From: Auanema rhodensis
Lineage: Eukaryota > Animalia > Nematoda
Direction: 5' to 3'
DNA length: 64,000 bases
Assembly (NCBI GenBank): GCA_964057225.1
Contig: OZ059899.1
Location: 4,030,001-4,094,000 of the forward strand
The notes under the pieces were generated by a model, which worked only from the letters and a program-made list of their open reading frames with translations, searched no databases and was not told the DNA's origin. The position numbers were made by a program, and so were the translations under genes. Positions 10,679 to 23,100 of this stretch are shown here, piece after piece. Within the stretch, counting starts at the first letter, position 1, and every line of letters starts with the position of its first letter.

Positions 10679-10693
10679 CCGGTTCGGCCCCCA
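10679..10693 (-). promoter_or_regulatory. Primer-binding site, tRNA-Pro
   Basis: Minus strand TGGGGGCCGAACCGG directly after the 5' LTR. It is complementary to a tRNA 3' end ...CCGGTTCGGCCC-CCA, which I recall as the Caenorhabditis-type tRNA-Pro 3' end. Confidence 0.88.
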
Positions 10694-11173
10694 AGTCAAA
10701 AGACTGTATAATAAAAAAGGAAAAAAAATAAAAAAATAAAAGAATTTATTAAAAAATTAGAAAAATAAAAGACAGACTTAAACTGATTAAAATATATCAC
10801 AATTATCTTATATCAACAATTTTAGGTAAACAATTGATCTTATCACTAATCTTAGATGTGCATGCTTGATAATCTGATTACGGTAGTTGATCTTGGCAAC
10901 ATGCCCAAAGTTGTAACTTTGTTAGAACTTGTCTAAATGAAATAAGAATGATATATTCGTGCTTGTCGTTGCAAGACGAATTCAACTGTACTATATTCAT
11001 GTAGTTAACTATATGTAGTTAAGTATGTGATTTTATATGATATAGGTTTTATCAATGTTTTACATACTTCTCAAGATAATATAATGTTTAACGTACTCAA
11101 CAGAGTGTTTGTGGATAACTATACGTTATATACCACATGAAACATAGGTGGGTAACTATAGCCAACTGCGACA
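10694..11173 (-). repeat. 5' LTR (480 bp)
   Basis: Direct repeat of 5931-6410 with no mismatch found by eye. The minus strand reads TGTCGCAG...TTTTGACT and is followed directly by the PBS. Confidence 0.96.
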
Positions 11174-11177
11174 TAAG
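11174..11177. other. Target-site duplication, right copy (TAAG)
   Basis: Same four bases as 5927-5930. A 5-bp ATAAG reading is formally possible but would remove the terminal T of the TG LTR end. Confidence 0.85.
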
Positions 11178-14100
11178 TTCACACTTATATCCTCGATTTT
11201 CACCCTGAAGAATTAATTTTTTCGTTGAATAACATTGTCCATCGTCTTTGCCTTGAAAAAAGGAATCTAAAAACATCTACTTTTTGCTAAATTATTTTGA
11301 AATTTTTCGAAAAAAGTTTTGTCAAAATGTTTTTGGAAGCAATGTTGAGTGTACATGGAAACTCAACATACACTAATGCATCATTTTTCAAACGATCATA
11401 ACTAATTTTTGTATTAAGCGTTTCTCAATGTAGTATAGTGCATTCGATGCGGATTTTTAAGCTGCGTCGTTCTGTGTTATCAGATTTGCGCTAGCTTAAA
11501 AATGCAACGAGATATCAACTGATATAAGTTCACACTTATATCCTCGATTTTCACCCTGAAGAATTAATTTTTTCGTTGAATAACATTGTCCATCGTCTTT
11601 GCCTTGAAAAAAGGAATCTAAAAACATCTACTTTTTGCTAAATTATTTTGAAATTTTTCGAAAAAAGTTTTGTCAAAATGTTTTTGGAAGCAATGTTGAG
11701 TGTACATGGAAACTCAACATACACTAATGCATCATTTTTCAAACGATCATAACTAATTTTTGTATTAAGCGTTTCTCAATGTAGTATAGTGCATTCGATG
11801 CGGATTTTTAAGCTGCGTCGTTCTGTGTTATCAGATTTGCGCTAGCTTAAAAATGCAACGAGATATCAACTGATATAAGTTCACACTTATATCCTCGATT
11901 TTCACCCTGAAGAATTAATTTTTTCGTTGAATAACATTGTCCATCGTCTTTGCCTTGAAAAAAGGAATCTAAAAACATCTACTTTTTGCTAAATTATTTT
12001 GAAATTTTTCGAAAAAAGTTTTGTCAAAATGTTTTTGGAAGCAATGTTGAGTGTACATGGAAACTCAACATACACTAATGCATCATTTTTCAAACGATCA
12101 TAACTAATTTTTGTATTAAGCGTTTCTCAATGTAGTATAGTGCATTCGATGCGGATTTTTAAGCTGCGTCGTTCTGTGTTATCAGATTTGCGCTAGCTTA
12201 AAAATGCAACGAGATATCAACTGATATAAGTTCACACTTATATCCTCGATTTTCACCCTGAAGAATTAATTTTTTCGTTGAATAACATTGTCCATCGTCT
12301 TTGCCTTGAAAAAAGGAATCTAAAAACATCTACTTTTTGCTAAATTATTTTAAAATTTTTCGAAAAAATTTTTGTCAAAATGTTTTTGGAAGCAATGTTG
12401 AGTGTACATGGAAACTCAACATACACTAATGCATCATTTTTCAAACGATCATAACTAATTTTTGTATTAAGCGTTTCTCAATGTAGTATAGTGCATTCGA
12501 TGCGGATTTTTAAGCTGCGTCGATCTGTGTTATCAGATTTGCGCTAGCTTAAAAATGCACCAAGATATCAACTGATATAAGTTCACACTTATATCCTCGA
12601 TTTTCACCCTGAAGAATTGATTTTTTCGTTGAATAACATTGTCCATCGTCTTTGCCTTGAAAAATGGAATCTAAAAACATCTACTTTTTGCTAAATTATT
12701 TTGAAATTTTTCGAAAAAAGTTTTGTCAAAATGTTTTTGGAAGCAATGTTGAGTGTACATGGAAACTCAACATACACTAATGCATCATTTTTCAAACGAT
12801 CATAACTAATTTTTGTATTAAGCGTTTCTCAATGTAGTATAGTGCATTCGATTCGGATTTTTAAGCTGCGTCGATCTGTGTTATCAGATTTGCGCTAGCT
12901 TAAAAATGCACCGAGATATCAACTGATATAAGTTCACACTTATATCCTCGATTTTCACCCTGAAGAATTAATTTTTTCGTTGAATAACATTGTCCATCGT
13001 CTTTGCCTTGAAAAAAGGAATCTAAAAACATCTACTTTTTGCTAAATTATTTCGAAATTTCTCGAAAAAATTTTTGTCAAAATGTTTTTGGAAGCAATGT
13101 TGAGTGTACATGGAAACTCAACATACACTAATGCATCATTTTTCAAACGATCATAACTAATTTTTGTATCAAGCGTTTCTCAATGTAGTATAGTGCATTC
13201 GATGCGGATTTTTAAGCTGCGTCGATCTGTGTTATCAGATTTGCGCTAGCTTAAAAATGCACCGAGATATCAACTGATATAAGTTCACACTTATATCCTC
13301 GATTTTCACCCTGAAGAATTGATTTTTTCGTTGAATAACATTGTCCATCGTCTTTGCCTTGAAAAATGAAATCTAAAAACATCTACTTTTTGCTAAATTA
13401 TTTTGAAATTTTTCGAAAAAAGTTTTGTCAAAATGTTTTTGGAAGCAATGTTGAGTGTACATGGAAACTCAACATACACTAATGCATCATTTTTCAAACG
13501 ATCATAACTAATTTTTGTATTAAGCGTTTCTCAATGTAGTATAGTGCATTCGATGCGGATTTTTAAGCTGCGTCGTTCTGTGTTATCAGATTTCCGCTAG
13601 CTTAAAAATGCAACGAGATATCAACTGATATAAGTTCACACTTATATCCTCGATTTTCACCCTGAAGAATTAATTTTTTCGTTGAATAACATTGTCCATC
13701 GTCTTTGCCTTGAAAAAAGGAATCTAAAAACATCTACTTTTTGCTAAATCATTTTAAAATTTTTCGAAAAAATTTTTGTCAAAATGTTTTTGGAAGCAAT
13801 GTTGAGTGTACATGGAAACTCAACATACACTAATGCATCATTTTTCAAACGATCATAACTAATTTTTGTATTAAGCATTTCTCAATGTAGTATAGTGCAT
13901 TCGATGCGGATTTTTAAGCTGCGTCGATCTGTGTTATCAGATTTGCGCTAGCTTAAAAATGCACCAAGATATCAACTGATATAAGTTCACACTTATATCC
14001 TCGATTTTCACCCTGAAGAATTAATTTTTTCGTTGAATAACATTGTCCATCGTCTTTGCCTTGAAAAAAGGAATCTAAAAACATCTACTTTTTGCTAAAT

Positions 14101-17100
14101 TATTTTAAAATTTTTCGAAAAAATTTTTGTCAAAATGTTTTTGGAAGCAATGTTGAGTGTACATGGAAACTCAACATACACTAATGCATCATTTTTCAAA
14201 CGATCATAACTAATTTTTGTATTAAGCATTTCTCAATGTAGTATAGTGCATTCGATGCGGATTTTTAAGCTGCGTCGATCTGTGTTATCAGATTTGCGCT
14301 AGCTTAAAAATGCACCAAGATATCAACTGATATAAGTTCACACTTATATCCTCGATTTTCACCCTGAAGAATTGATTTTTTCGTTGAATAACATTGTCCA
14401 TCGTCTTTGCCTTGAAAAAAGGAATCTAAAAACATCTACTTTTTGCTAAATTATTTTAAAATTTTTCCAAAAAATTTTTGTCAAAATGTTTTTGGAAGCA
14501 ATGTTGAGTGTACATGGAAACTCAACATACACTAATGCATCATTTTTCAAACGATCATAACTAATTTTTGTATCAAGCGTTTCTCAATGTAGTATAGTGC
14601 ATTCGATGCGGATTTTTAAGCTGCGTCGATCTGTGTTATCAGATTTGCGCTAGCTTAAAAATGCACCGAGATATCAACTGATATAAGTTCACACTTATAT
14701 CCTCGATTTTCACCCTGAAGAATTGATTTTTTCGTTGAATAACATTGTCCATCGTCTTTGCCTTGAAAAATGAAATCTAAAAACATCTACTTTTTGCTAA
14801 ATTATTTTGAAATTTTTCGAAAAAAGTTTTGTCAAAATGTTTTTGGAAGCAATGTTGAGTGTACATGGAAACTCAACATACACTAATGCATCATTTTTCA
14901 AACGATCATAACTAATTTTTGTATTAAGCGTTTCTCAATGTAGTATAGTGCATTCGATGCGGATTTTTAAGCTGCGTCGTTCTGTGTTATCAGATTTGCG
15001 CTAGCTTAAAAATGCAACGAGATATCAACTGATTAAAGTTCACACTTATATCCTCGATTTTCACCCTGAAGAATTAATTTTTTCGTTGAATAACATTGTC
15101 CATCGTCTTTGCCTTGAAAAAAGGAATCTAAAAACATCTACTTTTTGCTAAATTATTTTAAAATTTTTCGAAAAAATTTTTGTCAAAATGTTTTTGGAAG
15201 CAATGTTGAGTGTACATGGAAACTCAACATACACTAATGCATCATTTTTCAAACGATCATAACTAATTTTTGTATTAAGCATTTCTCAATGTAGTATAAT
15301 GCATTCGATGCGGATTTTTAAGCTGCGTCGATCTGTGTTATCAGATTTGCGCTAGCTTAAAAATGCACCAAGATATCAACTGATATAAGTTCACACTTAT
15401 ATCCTCGATTTTCACCCTGAAGAATTGATTTTTTCGTTGAATAACATTGTCCATCGTCTTTGCCTTGAAAAATGGAATCTTAAAACATCTACTTTTTGCT
15501 AAATTATTTTGAAATTTTTCGAAAAAAGTTTTGTCAAAATGTTTTTGGAAGCAATGTTGAGTGTACATGGAAACTCAACATACACTAATGCATCATTTTT
15601 CAAACGATCATAACTAATTTTTGTATTAAGCGTTTCTCAATGTAGTATAGTGCATTCGATGCGGATTTTTAAGCTGCGTCGATCTGTGTTATCAGATTTG
15701 CGCTAGCTTAAAAATGCACCGAGATATCAACTGATATAAGTTCACACTTAAAACCTCGATTTTCACCCTGAAGAATTGATTTTTTCGTTGAATAACATTG
15801 TCCATCGTCTTTGCCTTGAAAAAAGGAATCTAAAAACATCTACTTTTTGCTAAATTATTTTGAAATTTTTCGAAAAAATTTTTGTCAAAATGTTTTTGGA
15901 AGCAATGTTGAGTGTACATGGAAACTCAACATACACTAATGCATCATTTTTCAAACGATCATAACTAATTTTTGTATTAAGCATTTCTCAATGTAGTATA
16001 GTGCATTCGATGCGGATTTTTAAGCTGCGTCGATCTGTGTTATCAGATTTGCGCTAGCTTAAAAATGCACCAAGATATCAACTGATATAAGTTCACACTT
16101 ATATCCTCGATTTTCACCCTGAAGAATTAATTTTTTCGTTGAATAACATTGTCCATCGTCTTTGCCTTGAAAAAAGGAATCTAAAAACATCTACTTTTTG
16201 CTAAATTATTTCGAAATTTCTCGAAAAAATTTTTGTCAAAATGTTTTTGGAAGCAATGTTGAGTGTACATGGAAACTCAACATACACTAATGCATCATTT
16301 TTCAAACGATCATAACTAATTTTTGTATTAAGCATTTCTCAATGTAGTATAGTGCATTCGATGCGGATTTTTAAGCTGCGTCGATCTGTGTTATCAGATT
16401 TGCGCTAGCTTAAAAATGCACCAAGATATCAACTGATATAAGTTCACACTTATATCCTCGATTTTCACCCTGAAGAATTGATTTTTTCGTTGAATAACAT
16501 TGTCCATCGTCTTTGCCTTGAAAAAAGGAATCTAAAAACATCTACTTTTTGCTAAATTATTTTAAAATTTTTCGAAAAAATTTTTGTCAAAATGTTTTTG
16601 GAAGCAATGTTGAGTGTACATGGAAACTCAACATACACTAATGCATCATTTTTCAAACGATCATAACTAATTTTTGTATTAAGCATTTCTCAATGTAGTA
16701 TAGTGCATTCGATGCGGATTTTTAAGCTGCGTCGATCTGTGTTATCAGATTTGCGCTAGCTTAAAAATGCACCAAGATATCAACTGATATAAGTTCACAC
16801 TTATATCCTCGATTTTCACCCTGAAGAATTAATTTTTTCGTTGAATAACATTGTCCATCGTCTTTGCCTTGAAAAAAGGAATCTAAAAACATCTACTTTT
16901 TGCTAAATTATTTTAAAATTTTTCGAAAAAATTTTTGTCAAAATGTTTTTGGAAGCAATGTTGAGTGTACATGGAAACTCAACATACACTAATGCATCAT
17001 TTTTCAAACGATCATAACTAATTTTTGTATTAAGCATTTCTCAATGTAGTATAGTGCATTCGATGCGGATTTTTAAGCTGCGTCGATCTGTGTTATCAGA

Positions 17101-20100
17101 TTTGCGCTAGCTTAAAAATGCACCAAGATATCAACTGATATAAGTTCACACTTATATCCTCGATTTTCACCCTGAAGAATTGATTTTTTCGTTGAATAAC
17201 ATTGTCCATCGTCTTTGCCTTGAAAAAAGGAATCTAAAAACATCTACTTTTTGCTAAATTATTTTAAAATTTTTCCAAAAAATTTTTGTCAAAATGTTTT
17301 TGGAAGCAATGTTGAGTGTACATGGAAACTCAACATACACTAATGCATCATTTTTCAAACGATCATAACTAATTTTTGTATTAAGCATTTCTCAATGTAG
17401 TATAGTGCATTCGATGCGGATTTTTAAGCTGCGTCGATCTGTGTTATCAGATTTGCGCTAGCTTAAAAATGCACCAAGATATCAACTGATATAAGTTCAC
17501 ACTTATATCCTCGATTTTCACCCTGAAGAATTGATTTTTTCGTTGAATAACATTGTCCATCGTCTTTGCCTTGAAAAAAGGAATCTAAAAACATCTACTT
17601 TTTGCTAAATTATTTTGAAATTTTTCGAAAAAATTTTTGTCAAAATGTTTTTGGAAGCAATGTTGAGTGTACATGGAAACTCAACATACACTAATGCATC
17701 ATTTTTCAAACGATCATAACTAATTTTTGTATTAAGCATTTCTCAATGTAGTATAGTGCATTCGATGCGGATTTTTAAGCTGCGTCGATCTGTGTTATCA
17801 GATTTGCGCTAGCTTAAAAATGCACCAAGATATCAACTGATATAAGTTCACACTTATATCCTCGATTTTCACCCTGAAGAATTAATTTTTTCGTTGAATA
17901 ACATTGTCCATCGTCTTTGCCTTGAAAAAAGGAATCTAAAAACATCTACTTTTTGCTAAATTATTTCGAAATTTCTCGAAAAAATTTTTGTCAAAATGTT
18001 TTTGGAAGCAATGTTGAGTGTACATGGAAACTCAACATACACTAATGCATCATTTTTCAAACGATCATAACTAATTTTTGTATCAAGCGTTTCTCAATGT
18101 AGTATAGTGCATTCGATGCGGATTTTTAAGCTGCGTCGATCTGTGTTATCAGATTTGCGCTAGCTTAAAAATGCACCGAGATATCAACTGATATAAGTTC
18201 ACACTTATATCCTCGATTTTCACCCTGAAGAATTGATTTTTTCGTTGAATAACATTGTCCATCGTCTTTGCCTTGAAAAATGGAATCTAAAAACATCTAC
18301 TTTTTGCTAAATTATTTTGAAATTTTTCGAAAAAATTTTTGTCAAAATGTTTTTGGAAGCAATGTTGAGTGTACATGGAAACTCAACATACACTAATGCA
18401 TCATTTTTCAAACGATCATAACTAATTTTTGTATTAAGCATTTCTCAATGTAGTATAGTGCATTCGATGCGGATTTTTAAGCTGCGTCGATCTGTGTTAT
18501 CAGATTTGCGCTAGCTTAAAAATGCACCAAGATATCAACTGATATAAGTTCACACTTATATCCTCGATTTTCACCCTGAAGAATTAATTTTTTCGTTGAA
18601 TAACATTGTCCATCGTCTTTGCCTTGAAAAAAGGAATCTAAAAACATCTACTTTTTGCTAAATTATTTCGAAATTTCTCGAAAAAATTTTTGTCAAAATG
18701 TTTTTGGAAGCAATGTTGAGTGTACATGGAAACTCAACATACACTAATGCATCATTTTTCAAACGATCATAACTAATTTTTGTATCAAGCGTTTCTCAAT
18801 GTAGTATAGTGCATTCGATGCGGATTTTTAAGCTGCGTCGATCTGTGTTATCAGATTTGCGCTAGCTTAAAAATGCACCGAGATATCAACTGATATAAGT
18901 TCACACTTATATCCTCGATTTTCACCCTGAAGAATTGATTTTTTCGTTGAATAACATTGTCCATCGTCTTTGCCTTGAAAAATGGAATCTAAAAACATCT
19001 ACTTTTTGCTAAATTATTTTGAAATTTTTCGAAAAAAGTTTTGTCAAAATGTTTTTGGAAGCAATGTTGAGTGTACATGGAAACTCAACATACACTAATG
19101 CATCATTTTTCAAACGATCATAACTAATTTTTGCATTAAGCGTTTCTCAATGTAGTATAGTGCATTCGATGCGGATTTTTAAGCTGCGTCGATCTGTGTT
19201 ATCAGATTTGCGCTAGCTTAAAAATGCACCGAGATATCAACTGATATAAGTTCACACTTATATCCTCGATTTTCACCCTGAAGAATTAATTTTTTCGTTG
19301 AATAACATTGTCCATCGTCTTTGCCTTGAAAAAAGGAATCTAAAAACATCTACTTTTTGCTAAATTATTTCGAAATTTCTCGAAAAAATTTTTGTCAAAA
19401 TGTTTTTGGAAGCAATGTTGAGTGTACATGGAAACTCAACATACACTAATGCATCATTTTTCAAACGATCATAACTAATTTTTGTATCAAGCGTTTCTCA
19501 ATGTAGTATAGTGCATTCGATGCGGATTTTTAAGCTGCGTCGATCTGTGTTATCAGATTTGCGCTAGCTTAAAAATGCACCGAGATATCAACTGATATAA
19601 GTTCACACTTATATCCTCGATTTTCACCCTGAAGAATTGATTTTTTCGTTGAATAACATTGTCCATCGTCTTTGCCTTGAAAAATGAAATCTAAAAACAT
19701 CTACTTTTTGCTAAATTATTTTGAAATTTTTCGAAAAAAGTTTTGTCAAAATGTTTTTGGAAGCAATGTTGAGTGTACATGGAAACTCAACATACACTAA
19801 TGCATCATTTTTCAAACGATCATAACTAATTTTTGTATTAAGCGTTTCTCAATGTAGTATAGTGCATTCGATGCGGATTTTTAAGCTGCGTCGTTCTGTG
19901 TTATCAGATTTGCGCTAGCTTAAAAATGCAACGAGATATCAACTGATATAAGTTCACACTTATATCCTCGATTTTCACCCTGAAGAATTAATTTTTTCGT
20001 TGAATAACATTGTCCATCGTCTTTGCCTTGAAAAAAGGAATCTAAAAACATCTACTTTTTGCTAAATTATTTTAAAATTTTTCGAAAAAATTTTTGTCAA

Positions 20101-23100
20101 AATGTTTTTGGAAGCAATGTTGAGTGTACATGGAAACTCAACATACACTAATGCATCATTTTTCAAACGATCATAACTAATTTTTGTATTAAGCATTTCT
20201 CAATGTAGTATAGTGCATTCGATGCGGATTTTTAAGCTGCGTCGATCTGTGTTATCAGATTTGCGCTAGCTTAAAAATGCACCAAGATATCAACTGATAT
20301 AAGTTCACACTTATATCCTCGATTTTCACCCTGAAGAATTGATTTTTTCGTTGAATAACATTGTCCATCGTCTTTGCCTTGAAAAATGGAATCTTAAAAC
20401 ATCTACTTTTTGCTAAATTATTTTGAAATTTTTCGAAAAAAGTTTTGTCAAAATGTTTTTGGAAGCAATGTTGAGTGTACATGGAAACTCAACATACACT
20501 AATGCATCATTTTTCAAACGATCATAACTAATTTTTGTATTAAGCGTTTCTCAATGTAGTATAGTGCATTCGATGCGGATTTTTAAGCTGCGTCGATCTG
20601 TGTTATCAGATTTGCGCTAGCTTAAAAATGCACCGAGATATCAACTGATATAAGTTCACACTTATATCCTCGATTTTCACCCTGAAGAATTGATTTTTTC
20701 GTTGAATAACATTGTCCATCGTCTTTGCCTTGAAAAAAGGAATCTAAAAACATCTACTTTTTGCTAAATTATTTTAAAATTTTTCGAAAAAATTTTTGTC
20801 AAAATGTTTTTGGAAGCAATGTTGAGTGTACATGGAAACTCAACATACACTAATGCATCATTTTTCAAACGATCATAACTAATTTTTGTATTAAGCATTT
20901 CTCAATGTAGTATAGTGCATTCGATGCGGATTTTTAAGCTGCGTCGATCTGTGTTATCAGATTTGCGCTAGCTTAAAAATGCACCAAGATATCAACTGAT
21001 ATAAGTTCACACTTATATCCTCGATTTTCACCCTGAAGAATTAATTTTTTCGTTGAATAACATTGTCCATCGTCTTTGCCTTGAAAAAAGGAATCTAAAA
21101 ACATCTACTTTTTGCTAAATTATTTTAAAATTTTTCGAAAAAATTTTTGTCAAAATGTTTTTGGAAGCAATGTTGAGTGTACATGGAAACTCAACATACA
21201 CTAATGCATCATTTTTCAAACGATCATAACTAATTTTTGTATTAAGCATTTCTCAATGTAGTATAGTGCATTCGATGCGGATTTTTAAGCTGCGTCGATC
21301 TGTGTTATCAGATTTACGCTAGCTTAAAAATGCACCAAGATATCAACTGATATAAGTTCACACTTATATCCTCGATTTTCACCCTGAAGAATTGATTTTT
21401 TCGTTGAATAACATTGTCCATCGTCTTTGCCTTGAAAAAAGGAATCTAAAAACATCTACTTTTTGCTAAATTATTTTAAAATTTTTCCAAAAAATTTTTG
21501 TCAAAATGTTTTTGGAAGCAATGTTGAGTGTACATGGAAACTCAACATACACTAATGCATCATTTTTCAAACGATCATAACTAATTTTTGTATCAAGCGT
21601 TTCTCAATGTAGTATAGTGCATTCGATGCGGATTTTTAAGCTGCGTCGATCTGTGTTATCAGATTTGCGCTAGCTTAAAAATGCACCGAGATATCAACTG
21701 ATATAAGTTCACACTTATATCCTCGATTTTCACCCTGAAGAATTGATTTTTTCGTTGAATAACATTGTCCATCGTCTTTGCCTTGAAAAATGAAATCTAA
21801 AAACATCTACTTTTTGCTAAATTATTTTGAAATTTTTCGAAAAAAGTTTTGTCAAAATGTTTTTGGAAGCAATGTTGAGTGTACATGGAAACTCAACATA
21901 CACTAATGCATCATTTTTCAAACGATCATAACTAATTTTTGTATTAAGCGTTTCTCAATGTAGTATAGTGCATTCGATGCGGATTTTTAAGCTGCGTCGT
22001 TCTGTGTTATCAGATTTGCGCTAGCTTAAAAATGCAACGAGATATCAACTGATATAAGTTCACACTTATATCCTCGATTTTCACCCTGAAGAATTAATTT
22101 TTTCGTTGAATAACATTGTCCATCGTCTTTGCCTTGAAAAAAGGAATCTAAAAACATCTACTTTTTGCTAAATTATTTTAAAATTTTTCGAAAAAATTTT
22201 TGTCAAAATGTTTTTGGAAGCAATGTTGAGTGTACATGGAAACTCAACATACACTAATGCATCATTTTTCAAACGATCATAACTAATTTTTGTATTAAGC
22301 ATTTCTCAATGTAGTATAATGCATTCGATGCGGATTTTTAAGCTGCGTCGATCTGTGTTATCAGATTTGCGCTAGCTTAAAAATGCACCAAGATATCAAC
22401 TGATATAAGTTCACACTTATATCCTCGATTTTCACCCTGAAGAATTGATTTTTTCGTTGAATAACATTGTCCATCGTCTTTGCCTTGAAAAATGGAATCT
22501 TAAAACATCTACTTTTTGCTAAATTATTTTGAAATTTTTCGAAAAAAGTTTTGTCAAAATGTTTTTGGAAGCAATGTTGAGTGTACATGGAAACTCAACA
22601 TACACTAATGCATCATTTTTCAAACGATCATAACTAATTTTTGTATTAAGCGTTTCTCAATGTAGTATAGTGCATTCGATGCGGATTTTTAAGCTGCGTC
22701 GATCTGTGTTATCAGATTTGCGCTAGCTTAAAAATGCACCGAGATATCAACTGATATAAGTTCACACTTAAAACCTCGATTTTCACCCTGAAGAATTGAT
22801 TTTTTCGTTGAATAACATTGTCCATCGTCTTTGCCTTGAAAAAAGGAATCTAAAAACATCTACTTTTTGCTAAATTATTTTGAAATTTTTCGAAAAAATT
22901 TTTGTCAAAATGTTTTTGGAAGCAATGTTGAGTGTACATGGAAACTCAACATACACTAATGCATCATTTTTCAAACGATCATAACTAATTTTTGTATTAA
23001 GCATTTCTCAATGTAGTATAGTGCATTCGATGCGGATTTTTAAGCTGCGTCGATCTGTGTTATCAGATTTGCGCTAGCTTAAAAATGCACCAAGATATCA

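Larger units (their letters stand above)
5931..11173 (-). mobile_element. Ty3/Gypsy (Metaviridae)-type LTR retrotransposon, non-autonomous (lacks RT core, RNase H and integrase core), 5243 bp
   Basis: Two 480-bp direct repeats, TAAG target duplication, PBS next to the 5' LTR, PPT next to the 3' LTR. The single ORF has the order Gag - PR - RT remnant - IN C-terminus (Gypsy order) with a GPY motif. Confidence 0.95.

Noticed and set aside
11031-11037. TATAAAA on the minus strand as the LTR promoter TATA box
   Set aside because: Several TATA-like words occur in this AT-rich LTR, and none can be chosen without transcription-start data.
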